This document shows, one piece after another, positions 8,873-19,638 of a stretch of 64,000 nt of DNA. The notes below the pieces were generated by a model. That model ran no database searches, was not told the DNA's origin, and saw only the letters and a program-made list of their open reading frames with translations. The stretch is from an uncultured Gammaproteobacteria bacterium (GTDB lineage Bacteria > Actinomycetota > Acidimicrobiia > Acidimicrobiales > Aldehydirespiratoraceae): assembly GCA_964196195.1 (NCBI GenBank), contig CAXMSE010000027.1, positions 20,775 through 84,774 on the forward strand, read 5' to 3'. The stretch's first letter is position 1. Every line of letters starts with the position of its first letter. The translations under genes were made by a program, and so were the position numbers.

Positions 8873-10696
8873 ATGAACGACCCTTCCCTGGATCTCGCTG
8901 GTTTCCCCGCAGCCTCACGCGAGGCGTGGCGGGCTGCCGTCGAGAAGGTCCTGAGGGGAAGGCCTTTCGACGAAGTCCTTGTGAGCGAGTCACGCAGCGG
9001 TATCGAAATTCAGCCCCTTTACACCGCCGACGATGTGAGCATCGAGGCGTCGGGTGTGCCGCTCGACGGCAACCGGGTCCTCTCCGGCTGGGACGTTCGT
9101 CAGCAGCACCCTGCGACAGATCCGGTCGCCTGCAACCGTCACGTCCTCGAGGATCTCGAGAAGGGCGTCACCTCGGTCGAGCTCGTGGCTCCTGTCGAGG
9201 GCTGGTCGAGTGAATCGCTGCACAGCGCATTGAACGGCGTGTTGTTCGACATGGCGCCGGTCGCTCTGGCCCCCCACGCCAACCGCGCGGCCGCCCGCGC
9301 CTTCGCGGCCTTGATCGCCGAACGAGGCGACAGTGAAACAACCGGCAGCTGGCTCGGTCTCGATCCGATCGGCGAAATCGTACGCAGTGGCGACGAGTCT
9401 TCGCTCCCGGCGGCGGCGAATCTGGCTGCCGATCTCGCCCCTCGGCTCCCTGGGGCCGCCGTGTTCACCGTCGATACCACCCGATACAGCGATGCCGGCG
9501 CCACATGCACCCAGGAGATGGCATGGGCTCTGGCCACCGGGGTCGCCTACCTCAGAGCTCTGGAGGCGGCCGGCCTCACCGTGGCCCAGGCCGCGTCCAC
9601 CATCGGCTTTCGATCAACGGCAGGGGCCGATCAATTCACCACGATCGCCGTGATGCGGGCCTCTCGGCGGCTCTGGGATCGAGTTCTCGACGCGTGCGGG
9701 GTGCCTACCGATCATCGTCACCATCAGATCCAGGCCGTAACGGCGCGTTCAATGTTCAGCCGGCGGGATCCGTGGGTCAACATGCTGAGGTCTACCAGCG
9801 CTGCCCTCGGCGCCGGTCTAGGTGGCGCCGATGCGGTCACCGTTCTCCCGTTCGACACCGCGATCGAACAAGCCGACTCCTTCGCGCGGCGTAATGCCCG
9901 CAACACCCAGTTGCTCCTGATCGAGGAATCACAGCTGGGCCGACTGGTCGACCCTGCGAGTGGCTCATGGTTCGTGGAGTCGCTCACCAACAGGCTCGCC
10001 AACCAAGCCTGGGGGATGTTCCAGGAGGTCGAGGCTCGGGGCGGCATCGAGGTCGGCTTGGTCGATGGCTCCATAAGGTCTGCGATTGATGATGCCTGGA
10101 CGACGCGTCTCGGTCATCTCGCTGATCGCACCGAGCCGATCACCGGCGTGACGGAGTTCCCGGAACTAGACGACGATCAGGTTGCCGCACTCGGCGGCCC
10201 GAACCCCACAGGCCTCTCCGAGGGTGGTCTTCCCCTGCGCCGGTTGGCGGCCCCGTTCGAGGCCCTCAGGGATCGCGCCGATCGTGCCGCGGCCGGGTCG
10301 ACCGGGCGGCCAACGGTGTGCGTCGTCACTCTCGGCGATCTGGCGGTCCATGCCGCCAGATCCACCTGGACAAGCAACCTGCTGGCGGTTGGTGGTGTCG
10401 TGGCGCTTGGTTGCGACGGGGACGGAGCCCACTCTCCCCTTCAGGCCGAGGCTGTATTCACCCAGACCGGCTGCGATGTGGCAGTGATCTGTTCGTCGGA
10501 TGGCGTCTACGCAGAACGCGCGGTGGCAACAGCCACGGCCCTCAAGGAGGCGGGCGCGGCCTTGGTGGCACTCGCCGGGCAGCCCGGTGAGCTGGCCGAG
10601 CAGCTCCGTGCGGCCGGGGTCGACGAGTTTTGGCACACGGGGATGGATGTGCTCGACACATTGCGCCGTCTGCACACCACGCTCGGCATCGACTGA
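8873..10696 (+). CDS. mutA: methylmalonyl-CoA mutase small (beta) subunit
   Basis: About 607 aa from the ATG at 8873 (MNDPSLDLAGFPAASREAWRAAVEKVL). It resembles the mutase barrel but lacks the DxHxxG cobalamin motif. It sits directly upstream of the large subunit. Confidence 0.85.
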   Translation: MNDPSLDLAGFPAASREAWRAAVEKVLRGRPFDEVLVSESRSGIEIQPLYTADDVSIEASGVPLDGNRVLSGWDVRQQHPATDPVACNRHVLEDLEKGVTSVELVAPVEGWSSESLHSALNGVLFDMAPVALAPHANRAAARAFAALIAERGDSETTGSWLGLDPIGEIVRSGDESSLPAAANLAADLAPRLPGAAVFTVDTTRYSDAGATCTQEMAWALATGVAYLRALEAAGLTVAQAASTIGFRSTAGADQFTTIAVMRASRRLWDRVLDACGVPTDHRHHQIQAVTARSMFSRRDPWVNMLRSTSAALGAGLGGADAVTVLPFDTAIEQADSFARRNARNTQLLLIEESQLGRLVDPASGSWFVESLTNRLANQAWGMFQEVEARGGIEVGLVDGSIRSAIDDAWTTRLGHLADRTEPITGVTEFPELDDDQVAALGGPNPTGLSEGGLPLRRLAAPFEALRDRADRAAAGSTGRPTVCVVTLGDLAVHAARSTWTSNLLAVGGVVALGCDGDGAHSPLQAEAVFTQTGCDVAVICSSDGVYAERAVATATALKEAGAALVALAGQPGELAEQLRAAGVDEFWHTGMDVLDTLRRLHTTLGID

Positions 10697-10792
10697 GCCG
10701 ATCAGGCGGGAACAACGAAATGGGATCGCGGTAGGGGAAGATCGCGATCGTCACGGGGGAGTTGGGCCGGATGACGGCGTACCGTGGATGCC

Positions 10793-12940
10793 ATGAGTGC
10801 CATCCCGGACTTCACCACCGTCGATTTCGGCGGCGCCGGATCGGCCATCGCCGACCCCCGGTCGACCGACCTCGACGACCTCGTGTGGCACACGCCGGAG
10901 GGCATCGACATCCCTTCGGTGGTGGGCGCCGACGACATCGCCGATCTCGACTTCCTCGACACCTATCCCGGCATTGCCCCGTTCCTACGCGGGCCCTACC
11001 CCACCATGTACGTCAACCAGCCGTGGACGATCCGCCAATACGCCGGCTTCTCCACCGCCGAGGAATCCAACGCCTTCTACCGGCGCAACCTGGCGGCGGG
11101 CCAGAAGGGCCTGTCGGTCGCCTTCGACCTCGCGACCCACCGGGGTTACGACTCCGACAACCCCCGAGTACACGGCGACGTGGGCATGGCGGGTGTGGCC
11201 ATCGATTCGATCCTCGACATGCGCCAACTTTTCGATGGCATCCCGCTCGATCAGATGAGCGTGAGCATGACGATGAACGGTGCGGTCCTGCCGATTCTCG
11301 CCCTCTACGTGGTGGCCGGTGAAGAGCAGGGGGTGAAGCCGGAGCAGCTCGTGGGAACGATCCAGAACGACATTCTCAAGGAGTTCATGGTCCGCAACAC
11401 CTACATCTACCCCCCGCCCGCGAGCATGCGGATCATCTCCGACATCTTCGCGTTCACATCGGAGCACATGGGAAAGTTCAACTCGATCTCGATCTCGGGC
11501 TACCACATGCAGGAGGCCGGGGCCACCGCCGATCTGGAGCTGGCGTACACCCTGGCCGACGGGGTGGAGTACGTGAGGGCCGGGATCGAGGCGGGCCTCG
11601 ACGTCGACCAGTTCGCCCCCCGCCTCAGCTTCTTCTGGGGCATCGGCATGAACTTCTTCATGGAGATCGCCAAGCTGCGAGCGGCCCGCATGCTTTGGGC
11701 GAAGCTGATGGCCCAGTTCGGCCCCGAGAATCCGAAGTCGTCATCGCTGCGCACCCACTCCCAGACCAGCGGCTGGAGCCTCACCGCCCAAGACGTCTAC
11801 AACAACGTCACCCGCACCTGCGTCGAAGCGATGGCCGCGACCCAGGGCCACACCCAGTCGCTGCACACCAACGCCCTCGACGAGGCTCTCGCCCTCCCCA
11901 CCGATTTCTCAGCTCGGATCGCCCGCAACACCCAACTCTTTCTCCAGCAGGAGAGCGGCACCTCACGCACAGTCGACCCGTGGGGAGGTAGCCACCACGT
12001 CGAATGGATCACCAACGAGCTGGCCCGAAAGGCGTGGGCCCACATCGAAGAGGTTGAAGCGATCGGTGGTATGGCCGCAGCGATCGACGCCGGGATCCCG
12101 AAACTCAGGATCGAGGAGGCAGCCGCTCGCACCCAGGCCCGGATCGATTCCGGCCAGCAGGCTGTCATCGGGCTCAACAAGTACCGCCTCGATGAGGCAG
12201 AAGAGATCGAAGTGCTGAGGATCGACAACGCCCAGGTGCGCGCCGCCCAGCTCGTCAAGCTCGACCAGCTCAGAGCCGAGCGCAACGGCGCCGAGGTCGA
12301 CGAGGTACTCCTCGCCTTGTCGCGTGCCGCCGACACCGGCACCGGCAACCTGCTCGCGCTGGCTATCGACGCCGCCAGGGCGAAGGCCACCGTGGGAGAG
12401 ATCAGCGACGCGCTCGAAAGCGTCTACGGTCGTCATGTCGCCACCATCCGAACCATCGAAGGGGTGTACCGCAGCGAAGTGGGAACCGACTCGAGCTCCA
12501 TCACCGTCGTTCGCGAGAAGGTAGATCAATTCGCGGCTGCCCACGGCCGACGGCCGCGCATACTGATCGCGAAGATGGGTCAGGACGGCCACGATCGTGG
12601 TCAGAAGGTGATCGCCACCGCGTTCGCCGACCTGGGCTTCGATGTCGACATCGGTCCTCTCTTCCAGACTCCTCAGGAAGTGGCCCGCCAAGCTGTGGAG
12701 GCCGACGTGCACGTGGTCGGGGCGTCGTCGTTGGCCGCGGGTCACCTCACCCTCGTACCCCAGCTGCGCGATGAACTCGAGACCCTGGGCCGGCCCGACA
12801 TCAAGATCACAGTCGGCGGGGTGATACCCCCCGCCGATGTTGCCACCCTGCTCGAGATGGGGGCTGTGGCTGTCTACCCGCCGGGAACCGTGATCTCCGA
12901 CGCTGCTCTCGAACTGCTCGGACACCTCGCCGCGGGCTGA
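10793..12940 (+). CDS. mutB: methylmalonyl-CoA mutase large (alpha) subunit
   Basis: [42 protein letters not shown], and a C-terminal B12-binding domain with [23 protein letters not shown] (DxHxxG). Confidence 0.95.
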   Translation: MSAIPDFTTVDFGGAGSAIADPRSTDLDDLVWHTPEGIDIPSVVGADDIADLDFLDTYPGIAPFLRGPYPTMYVNQPWTIRQYAGFSTAEESNAFYRRNLAAGQKGLSVAFDLATHRGYDSDNPRVHGDVGMAGVAIDSILDMRQLFDGIPLDQMSVSMTMNGAVLPILALYVVAGEEQGVKPEQLVGTIQNDILKEFMVRNTYIYPPPASMRIISDIFAFTSEHMGKFNSISISGYHMQEAGATADLELAYTLADGVEYVRAGIEAGLDVDQFAPRLSFFWGIGMNFFMEIAKLRAARMLWAKLMAQFGPENPKSSSLRTHSQTSGWSLTAQDVYNNVTRTCVEAMAATQGHTQSLHTNALDEALALPTDFSARIARNTQLFLQQESGTSRTVDPWGGSHHVEWITNELARKAWAHIEEVEAIGGMAAAIDAGIPKLRIEEAAARTQARIDSGQQAVIGLNKYRLDEAEEIEVLRIDNAQVRAAQLVKLDQLRAERNGAEVDEVLLALSRAADTGTGNLLALAIDAARAKATVGEISDALESVYGRHVATIRTIEGVYRSEVGTDSSSITVVREKVDQFAAAHGRRPRILIAKMGQDGHDRGQKVIATAFADLGFDVDIGPLFQTPQEVARQAVEADVHVVGASSLAAGHLTLVPQLRDELETLGRPDIKITVGGVIPPADVATLLEMGAVAVYPPGTVISDAALELLGHLAAG

Positions 12941-12960
12941 GGGCGCAGAGCGACCGGAGA

Positions 12961-13251
12961 TCAGTCCTCGGTCTGCACCCTCACCAGGGAGACAACGTTG
13001 GGTGCGATGTGTTCTTGGATGATGCGCTGGTGTTCAGGGTGAGCGGAGTACGCCTTGTAGTCGTCGACCGAGTCGAACTCGGCCACCACTGCCACATCTG
13101 CTGTGCCCGGTGCGAGCCCCATGTCGCGCCCCACCTGGTAGGAGCGGATCTCGGCACAGGTGGGTACGAACGCGCGGAGCTCGGCCACGATGGTGTCGGC
13201 TGCATCCTTGGCATCGTCCTTGAGGGTCATGAGAGCATGATGTCGAATCAT
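12961..13251 (-). CDS. Dabb (stress-responsive alpha/beta barrel) domain protein
   Basis: 96 aa starting MIRHHALMTLKDD..EFDSVDDYKAYSAHPEHQ, typical Dabb family. The longer track ORF is upstream read-through. Confidence 0.8.
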   Translation of the reverse strand: MIRHHALMTLKDDAKDAADTIVAELRAFVPTCAEIRSYQVGRDMGLAPGTADVAVVAEFDSVDDYKAYSAHPEHQRIIQEHIAPNVVSLVRVQTED

Positions 13252-13279
13252 GTGGGAGATCCAAGCACGAATTCGCTCG

Positions 13280-14659
13280 CTACAGGGGATCGATGGGCGT
13301 GATTGTCCCGAGCGCGTCCTCCACGATCTGGGCCGCGTCGAGGGCGAGGTCGTCGCGCCAGAGGTCGGCGTAGATCTGAACCCCGGTGGGGAGATCATCA
13401 ACGACTCCGGTGGGCACCGCGGCGGCGGGGACTCCGAGGATGTTGCCCGGCGTTATGAACGGCAGCACCCGCGACATCAGCTCCAACCCGTCGGGCTCGA
13501 GGTCTCTGTCGTGCTCGAACGGGCGAGTAGCCCACGCGGGGGTGATCATCACGCTGTGCTCGGCGAAGAAGCTCGACCACACCCGGCCCAGCCGGTGGCG
13601 TTCGGTGTGGCAGAAAGCCACCGGCATGTCGGAGCAGAATTCGGGAGCGCGGGCGAGCATCCCAGCTACCTCGGGGCTGAGGAACTGCTCGAACATCGGT
13701 AGGGAGGCGGCAATGTCGAATGCCATCATCGAGCTCCAGAGTTCGGTGACCAGGGCAAGCTCCGGCGGAGCTATCTCGGTGATCTCCCAGCCGGCCGCGG
13801 CGAGCACGTTGGCCGCTCGGTGGGCGGCGTCGACACATACAGGATCGACCTCGATGCCTTCGGCCGACACGGCCAGGGCAGCAGTGCGGGGAGTATCGGG
13901 GCCGATCAGGGCGACGTCGACCGACATCGGATCGCCGGGATCGCGACCGTTGAGTATTCCCAACGCGGCGCGCACATCGCCGATGGTGCGTGCCATAGGG
14001 CCTTCACTCGACATGATCTGTCCGTTGAGGCCAGGGTTCTCCGGCATGGTGGTGTAAACGCGGGGGATGCGGCCTCGGGTGGGCTTCAGAGCGGCGACGC
14101 CGTTGCAGTAGGCGGGGTTTCGAACGGACCCTCCGATGTCGTTTCCAAGGCCCAGGGGAGACATGCCGGTGGCCAGCGCGGCCCCCTCGCCGCCGCTCGA
14201 TCCCCCGGCAGTGAGGTGGTGAGCCCATGGGTTGAACGTGCGGCCCCGCAGGGGGCAGGCGGTGTCGATTCGCAGGCCCATTTCTGGCATGTTGGTGCGA
14301 CCGATCGGGATCGCTCCAGCAGCCTTCATCCGGGCGGTCACCGGTGCGTCGGACGTGGGCATCTCGTTGGCCAGAACCTCCACGCCACGGGTGGTGGCCG
14401 ATCCCACCAGGTCGATGTTTTCCTTCACCGTGAAGGGAACACCGTGCATGGGGCCCCGTGAATCACGGTCGGCGGCATCGGCCGAATCTGCGGCCTCTCT
14501 GGCTTCGTCGGCGAAAAGTACGGTGACGGCGTTGACGCGCTCGTTCACGGCGTCGATGCGGTCGAGGTGGGCGTCGACCACCTCGCGACTCGACACCGTG
14601 CCCTCTCGAATCATGGAGGCCAGTTGCCGAGCCGATCGTCGCCACAGTTCGTGACCCAT
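13280..14659 (-). CDS. amidase (amidase-signature family, GatA-like)
   Basis: Has the amidase signature GGSSGGEGAALATGMSPLGLGNDIGGSVRNPA and the catalytic-Lys region GVPFTVKENI. Confidence 0.92.
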   Translation of the reverse strand: MGHELWRRSARQLASMIREGTVSSREVVDAHLDRIDAVNERVNAVTVLFADEAREAADSADAADRDSRGPMHGVPFTVKENIDLVGSATTRGVEVLANEMPTSDAPVTARMKAAGAIPIGRTNMPEMGLRIDTACPLRGRTFNPWAHHLTAGGSSGGEGAALATGMSPLGLGNDIGGSVRNPAYCNGVAALKPTRGRIPRVYTTMPENPGLNGQIMSSEGPMARTIGDVRAALGILNGRDPGDPMSVDVALIGPDTPRTAALAVSAEGIEVDPVCVDAAHRAANVLAAAGWEITEIAPPELALVTELWSSMMAFDIAASLPMFEQFLSPEVAGMLARAPEFCSDMPVAFCHTERHRLGRVWSSFFAEHSVMITPAWATRPFEHDRDLEPDGLELMSRVLPFITPGNILGVPAAAVPTGVVDDLPTGVQIYADLWRDDLALDAAQIVEDALGTITPIDPL

Positions 14660-14733
14660 GCAGCTCTCCTTCAGGTGCGTCTGACGGAGAAGGGTACGGC
14701 GTCGGTCGTGTCGGCGCCCATTAGGGTTCGGCC

Positions 14734-15714
14734 ATGTCCGACATCGACCTCGACTCCCTTGAGGCTGGTGTGCGCGCTGGCGAGCGCACCTCGATCGGGC
14801 AGGCCATCACCCTCGTCGAGTCGACCCGACCCGACCACCGCGTCGGGGCGGCCGCTCTTCTCGAACGCCTGCTGCCCCACACCGGAGGTGCTCAGCGGGT
14901 TGGCATCACCGGGGTGCCCGGCGTGGGCAAATCGACATTCATCGACGCCCTCGGCACCCATCTCACCTCCACCGGAAGTCGGGTGGCCGTGCTGGCGGTC
15001 GACCCGTCGAGCTCTCGAACCGGTGGCTCGATCCTCGGCGACAAGACCCGGATGGGGAATCTCGCCAACGACGAGAGAGCGTTCATCCGCCCCTCGCCGG
15101 CGTCGGGCACCCTGGGCGGAGTCACCCGAGCTACCCGCGAGGCGATGCTCGTGCTCGAGGCCGCCGGCTACGACGTGGTGATAGTCGAGACCGTGGGCGT
15201 GGGGCAGAGCGAGACGGTCGTGCACGGCATGGTCGATTTGTTTCTCGTCCTCATGCTCGCCGGAGCCGGCGACGAGCTCCAGGGCATCAAGAAGGGTGTG
15301 CTGGAGCTCGCCGACATGTTGGCGGTCAACAAGGCCGATGGCGACAACGTCGAGAAGGCCGAAATCGCCGCCGTCGACTACCGCCGCGCCCTCCATCTGC
15401 TCCAGCCTGCTTCACCCAACTGGAGCCCTCCTGTGCTCACTTGCTCGGGTCTTCTCCGCACCGGGTTGGCGGAGCTTTGGGAACGGGTCGAGTCCCATCG
15501 TCTTACCCTCACCGAATCAGGTGAGCGTGAGCAGCGTCGACGCGAGCAGCAACTGTCGTGGATGAGGTCCATGCTCCGCGAACGCCTGCTAGAGCGGTTC
15601 GATGATCACCCCTCGCTCACGACCCTGCGGCGTGAGCTCGAAGCTGCGGTGCACGATGGAGCCACCACCCCGTCGGTTGCGGTCGATCGCCTTCTCGCCG
15701 CGTGGGACGAATGA
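14734..15714 (+). CDS. meaB: methylmalonyl-CoA mutase-associated GTPase MeaB (ArgK family)
   Basis: P-loop GVPGVGKSTFIDALG, ETVGVGQSE, and NKADG (the NKxD motif). About 326 aa. Confidence 0.9.
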   Translation: MSDIDLDSLEAGVRAGERTSIGQAITLVESTRPDHRVGAAALLERLLPHTGGAQRVGITGVPGVGKSTFIDALGTHLTSTGSRVAVLAVDPSSSRTGGSILGDKTRMGNLANDERAFIRPSPASGTLGGVTRATREAMLVLEAAGYDVVIVETVGVGQSETVVHGMVDLFLVLMLAGAGDELQGIKKGVLELADMLAVNKADGDNVEKAEIAAVDYRRALHLLQPASPNWSPPVLTCSGLLRTGLAELWERVESHRLTLTESGEREQRRREQQLSWMRSMLRERLLERFDDHPSLTTLRRELEAAVHDGATTPSVAVDRLLAAWDE

Positions 15715-15907
15715 GCCTGACGGCGGCTCCTCTAACGCCCCACATACCGCCCCAGTGCCCGCTATGTCGGTCCACCGATCTCGGAGATTCCCACCCGGCT
15801 ACTCTCGTGATGTGGAGCGCCCCGGGTGAGCAAACCTCTTTGGACCGGCACCTGTAGCTCGAGGTGGGCTGGCGCTCACATCGGCAATCTGGAGTGCTTC
15901 CGCCCTC

Positions 15908-16225
15908 GTGCTGGCCGCGGCGATCGTGATGCTCTTTCGCACGATCGCCGTCACCATGGACAGGCGAGAACTAGTGGTTCGGTTCTCCGCTCCCTGGTCG
16001 TGGCCGATGCGCATCGCCCGCAAGGACATCGAGTCGGTCACCGCCGAAACGATCGATCCGCTCAAATGGGGTGGCTACGGCTACCGCGGCGGTATGCACC
16101 TGTTCAAGAGGGCCGCGATCGTGTTGCGCAAGGGCGACGCCCTCCGATTGAAGCTAAAGAACGGTCGGACCTTGCTCGTCACCGTCGACGGAGCCAGAGA
16201 AGCGGTTGAAGTTCTCGACGGCTGA
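15908..16225 (+). CDS. hypothetical membrane-associated protein
   Basis: GC3-rich ORF. The frame stays open and hydrophobic upstream to 15830 (GLALTSAIWSASALVLAAAIVMLF), but the first canonical start is the GTG at 15908, so the start is uncertain. Confidence 0.4.
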   Translation: MLAAAIVMLFRTIAVTMDRRELVVRFSAPWSWPMRIARKDIESVTAETIDPLKWGGYGYRGGMHLFKRAAIVLRKGDALRLKLKNGRTLLVTVDGAREAVEVLDG

Positions 16226-16253
16226 GTCGGCACTCACCCGATAGGTTGCGCCG

Positions 16254-16850
16254 ATGCTGACAAGCACGGCGCGCCGACTACCTCAACTGATCATCGGCCT
16301 CGCCGTATTCGGATCTGGCCTCGGACTCGTCGTGCGGGGTAGCAACGGGCAGGGCTCCTGGACCGTCTTTCACGAGGGCCTGTCGATCCGCACGCCCCTG
16401 TCGATCGGCACCGCCACCATCCTCACCGGGGCCGTTCTGCTGGTGGTGGTGATCATGATGCGGGTGAAGATCGGCATCGGGACCATCCTCAACATCCTCA
16501 TCATCGGGCCCTCCACCGACCTCACGCTCTGGCTGGTGGAGGAGCCGGAATCCGCGGTGGTTCGAGGAGCGTTCACGATCGCCTCGCCCCTCGTGGTCGG
16601 CCTGGGATCGAGCCTCTACCTGGGAGTGCAGCTGGGGCCCGGCACTCGAGATGGGGTCATGACCGGTCTCCACGACCGAGGCATGAGTATCCGTGCCGCT
16701 CGCTCCGGTATCGAAGCGGCGGCCTTCGGCTGCGGGTTCCTTCTGGGAGGAACGGTGGGCTGGGGCACCATCTGGTGGCTGGTGGCCATCGGCCCTACAG
16801 TCCAGTGGATGCTGCCATGGTTCGATCGCGGACCTCGCATGGCCGGATGA
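16254..16850 (+). CDS. YczE/DUF6198-like integral membrane protein
   Basis: QLIIGLAVFGSGLGLVVRGSNGQGSWTVFHEGLS resembles the YczE family N-terminus. About 5-6 TM helices. Confidence 0.65.
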   Translation: MLTSTARRLPQLIIGLAVFGSGLGLVVRGSNGQGSWTVFHEGLSIRTPLSIGTATILTGAVLLVVVIMMRVKIGIGTILNILIIGPSTDLTLWLVEEPESAVVRGAFTIASPLVVGLGSSLYLGVQLGPGTRDGVMTGLHDRGMSIRAARSGIEAAAFGCGFLLGGTVGWGTIWWLVAIGPTVQWMLPWFDRGPRMAG

Positions 16851-16903
16851 AAGTGGTGAGCCGGGTGCGCCGATAGTCTCTGCTCGACACTGATGGAGCT
16901 TCG

Positions 16904-18046
16904 TTGCGGCGGATCGGCAATCACAACCGGATCACTCACGCGCCGACCAGCGATGAGTCGAGCGTTTCCTCGTTCCGGGCAGGCGGTGCATGGGCGATCT
17001 CGGCCATCCTCACCCTGATCTGGTTGATCGTGGTGGTGGCAACGGGCCTCGTGGGCAGGGTCCTCGAGCATTGGGAGTCTGCACTCACCATGCTCGCGGG
17101 GAGCTTCCTCGCCGGGTCGTCGCCCGAGGGCGGTGGCGCGGTTGCCTTCCCCGTTTTCACCAAGGTGCTCCACGTCCATGCTCCGGTGGCCCGCTCGTTC
17201 GGCCTCGCCATCCAGGCCGTGGGTATGACGGTCGCCTCTGCTTCCATCCTGATCAACCGACGCCCCTTCCATCGGCGCGGTGCCCTGCTCGGATCGCTGG
17301 CCGCAACCATCGGCTTCCTGCTGGCGGTGATCTTCCTCGGCGATCACGACACCGTTTTCTGGCCGCCGTTGATCGGGTCGGGTTGGGTTAAAGCCACCTT
17401 CAGTATCGTTCTCGCAACTACTTCGATCGCCATGGTGCGTCACCTCCGCCACGGGTCGGCCGACCATGTCGCCCATCGGTGGACCGGCCGTCACGACACC
17501 GGTCTCGTAATTGCGGCCTTGGGCGGAGGGGTTCTGGCCTCCCTCACGGGCACCGGCGCCAACATCGTGGTGTTCCTCTTCCTGGTGGTCCTGGCCGATA
17601 TCAATCCGAAGGAGGCCCTGGCCTCGGCGATCATCGTGATGACGGTGGTGTCGTTGGCGGGATTCGTGTTGCTCGGAATCCTCGACGGCCAGCTTTACGT
17701 CGAGGTCGATGGGGGTCAGGTGGTGATGGTCGGCGATCGTGCCGTGGAGTTGGTGGGAGATCATGCCGATCTTCTCGGACTCTGGCTCGCCGCCATACCG
17801 GTTGTGGTGTGGGGGGCACCGCTCGGTTCTTTCGCGGTATCGCTGGTGAAGGAGTCGGTGCTGGTCCGATTTGTCGCCGTGCTCGCGGCGGTCGAGGTGA
17901 TCACCACCTTCGTGCTGGTGCCCGAACTGCGCCACGACCCGGCTCTGATCGCCTATCTCGCGTTGGGCCTGCTCCTGGTGCCCACCGGCCTGATCTATCT
18001 CCGACGCCATCGCGAGCGAATATTCACGGGCACTGCTTCAGGCTGA
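16904..18046 (+). CDS. TauE/SafE (TSUP) family anion exporter-like membrane protein
   Basis: Polytopic, with LAGSFLAGSSPEGGGAVAFPV and a second LGGGVLASLTGTGAN half-repeat characteristic of TSUP proteins. The TTG start is uncertain. Confidence 0.7.
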   Translation: MRRIGNHNRITHAPTSDESSVSSFRAGGAWAISAILTLIWLIVVVATGLVGRVLEHWESALTMLAGSFLAGSSPEGGGAVAFPVFTKVLHVHAPVARSFGLAIQAVGMTVASASILINRRPFHRRGALLGSLAATIGFLLAVIFLGDHDTVFWPPLIGSGWVKATFSIVLATTSIAMVRHLRHGSADHVAHRWTGRHDTGLVIAALGGGVLASLTGTGANIVVFLFLVVLADINPKEALASAIIVMTVVSLAGFVLLGILDGQLYVEVDGGQVVMVGDRAVELVGDHADLLGLWLAAIPVVVWGAPLGSFAVSLVKESVLVRFVAVLAAVEVITTFVLVPELRHDPALIAYLALGLLLVPTGLIYLRRHRERIFTGTASG

Positions 18047-19279
18047 AGCGGGGCTCGTTTCCGGGGCGGGCCTGAGCGAGCGGAGTCGGACCATGGCCCA
18101 GGTGCCGGCGACAGGACCCGGTGCCAGTAGCAAGAAGGCCCAGCCCCAGCCCCAGCGACCCTCGACCACCGGCACGAGAAAGATCGTGAGGACGGTGAGT
18201 ACGAAACCGGATGCGAGTTGGGTGGTGAGCGCGGTGCCCACCGACTCCTGATCGGCGATCTCCGAGACGATGGTGGAGAACTGGGCCGAGTCGGCGATCA
18301 CCCAAAAGCCCCAGAACACACCGAGGATGAGCACCAGGAGCGGTGGCGCGTCGACGAGAAATCCTATGAACAAGGCAAAGAAGCCGGAGATGGTCATCGC
18401 CGATCCGGCGGCCCATTCTCGCCCCTTCCGGTCGCTGATCCTTCCCCCCAGCCAGCTCCCGAGCGCTCCGGCACCGATCACCACAAACGCGGCAAGCGAC
18501 GCCCAGCGGTCGGCGTCTGCGGTGCCTCGTCGCTCGAGGAGATCGAGATAGAAGACCCCGAACCAAGACCACATGGCGTAGAGCTCCCACATGTGACCGA
18601 AATAGCCGAGCGTGGCCAGGCGTAGCCGTCGGTCAGTGAAGACGACGAAGATACGGCGCCGGTCGAACACGGCTCGGCCGAAGGGATACGGCCCGTCACG
18701 GGCACCCCGGTCGGCGATGAGCCCGCCGATCACCGTGAGAATGGATGTGGCGATGATCGTGGCCTCCCAACCGACTCCGCCCAATGCACTCACGAGGTGA
18801 GGAAGGGCCGACCCGAGCGTGAGGGCGCCCACCATCACTCCGAGCGCAACGCCTCGCCCGGATCGAAACCAGGTCGCGGCGGCTTTCAGGGCGGGAGGGT
18901 AGACCAGAGCGAGCCCGGCACCAGTGAAGCCACGCCCTACCAGGGCAATGGCGGCGTTGGGCGCGATGAGCAGGCTGAGGTTGGCGATCGAAGCGAACAC
19001 AGCCCCGATCAGGACCAGGCGCCGGGGGGCGATGAGGTCGGCGAGGTTGAACACCGACGACACGACCGCACCCAGAACGAAGCCGATCTGCACCGCGATC
19101 GTGAGCCAGGATCCGCCGACTCGCGAAAGGTTGAATTCGGCACGAAGCTCCGACAGCACAGCAGCCGCTGCAAACCAGGTCGTCATCGACAGCACCATGG
19201 CGGTGGCGAGTATCGCGAGCTGGCGGTATGCGACCGGCGGTTCAGTCGTCTTGGATCTCAACGTCACGCCAGAAGCCAA
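18038..19279 (-). CDS. MFS transporter
   Basis: About 12 TM helices; the loop GRISDRKGRE lies between TM8 and TM9. The start is TTG 19279 or GTG 19267. It overlaps the stop of the upstream DUF427 gene. Confidence 0.8.
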   Translation of the reverse strand: MASGVTLRSKTTEPPVAYRQLAILATAMVLSMTTWFAAAAVLSELRAEFNLSRVGGSWLTIAVQIGFVLGAVVSSVFNLADLIAPRRLVLIGAVFASIANLSLLIAPNAAIALVGRGFTGAGLALVYPPALKAAATWFRSGRGVALGVMVGALTLGSALPHLVSALGGVGWEATIIATSILTVIGGLIADRGARDGPYPFGRAVFDRRRIFVVFTDRRLRLATLGYFGHMWELYAMWSWFGVFYLDLLERRGTADADRWASLAAFVVIGAGALGSWLGGRISDRKGREWAAGSAMTISGFFALFIGFLVDAPPLLVLILGVFWGFWVIADSAQFSTIVSEIADQESVGTALTTQLASGFVLTVLTIFLVPVVEGRWGWGWAFLLLAPGPVAGTWAMVRLRSLRPAPETSPASA

Positions 19280-19532
19280 CCCTATTTGTCACCAGGCGTC
19301 GAGCCAGCGGCCAAGGGCGTCGATACTCGAAGGCCGAATCGAGCGCCAGGTCGTCGTCGCCCTGGACATGGAAGTAGGAGGCCTTGCCCTTCCAGAAGCA
19401 TTGGCTCGTGGTTGGACTATCGACCAAGGCACCCTCGGCCACACTGTCGAGCGGGAAGTAGGTGATGCCCTCGACCCGTCGGATGTCGTCGCTCTCGGCC
19501 ACCACCACGCCGTTATAGATCGCTTTTGTCAT
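19242..19532 (-). CDS. DUF427 domain protein
   Basis: 96 aa: MTKAIYNGVVVAESDD..VEGITYFP..CFWKGKASYFHV..FWRDVEI, a typical DUF427 pattern. Confidence 0.8.
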   Translation of the reverse strand: MTKAIYNGVVVAESDDIRRVEGITYFPLDSVAEGALVDSPTTSQCFWKGKASYFHVQGDDDLALDSAFEYRRPWPLARRLVTNRVGFWRDVEIQDD

Positions 19533-19638
19533 GCTGGGGAAACCGCCCCTGTGGTCTCCCAATTCCACGGTTTCCGGGTTGTTATCGCCGGGCGCCGGTG
19601 CGAGGGTTGGGCCGATCGCAGGTTGAACGGAGTCCCTC

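Noticed and set aside
16616-18010. Long ORFs antisense to or out of frame with called genes. Examples: 16616-18010 minus (464 aa), 19831-22170 minus (779 aa), 27525-28811 plus (428 aa), 34423-36117 minus (564 aa), 50634-51872 plus (412 aa) and 29413-30669 minus (418 aa).
   Set aside because: Their translations are Arg/Pro/Gly/His-rich low-complexity strings with no recognisable motifs. They overlap genes that have clear family signatures on the other strand or frame. This is the typical stop-codon-poor artefact of high-GC DNA.
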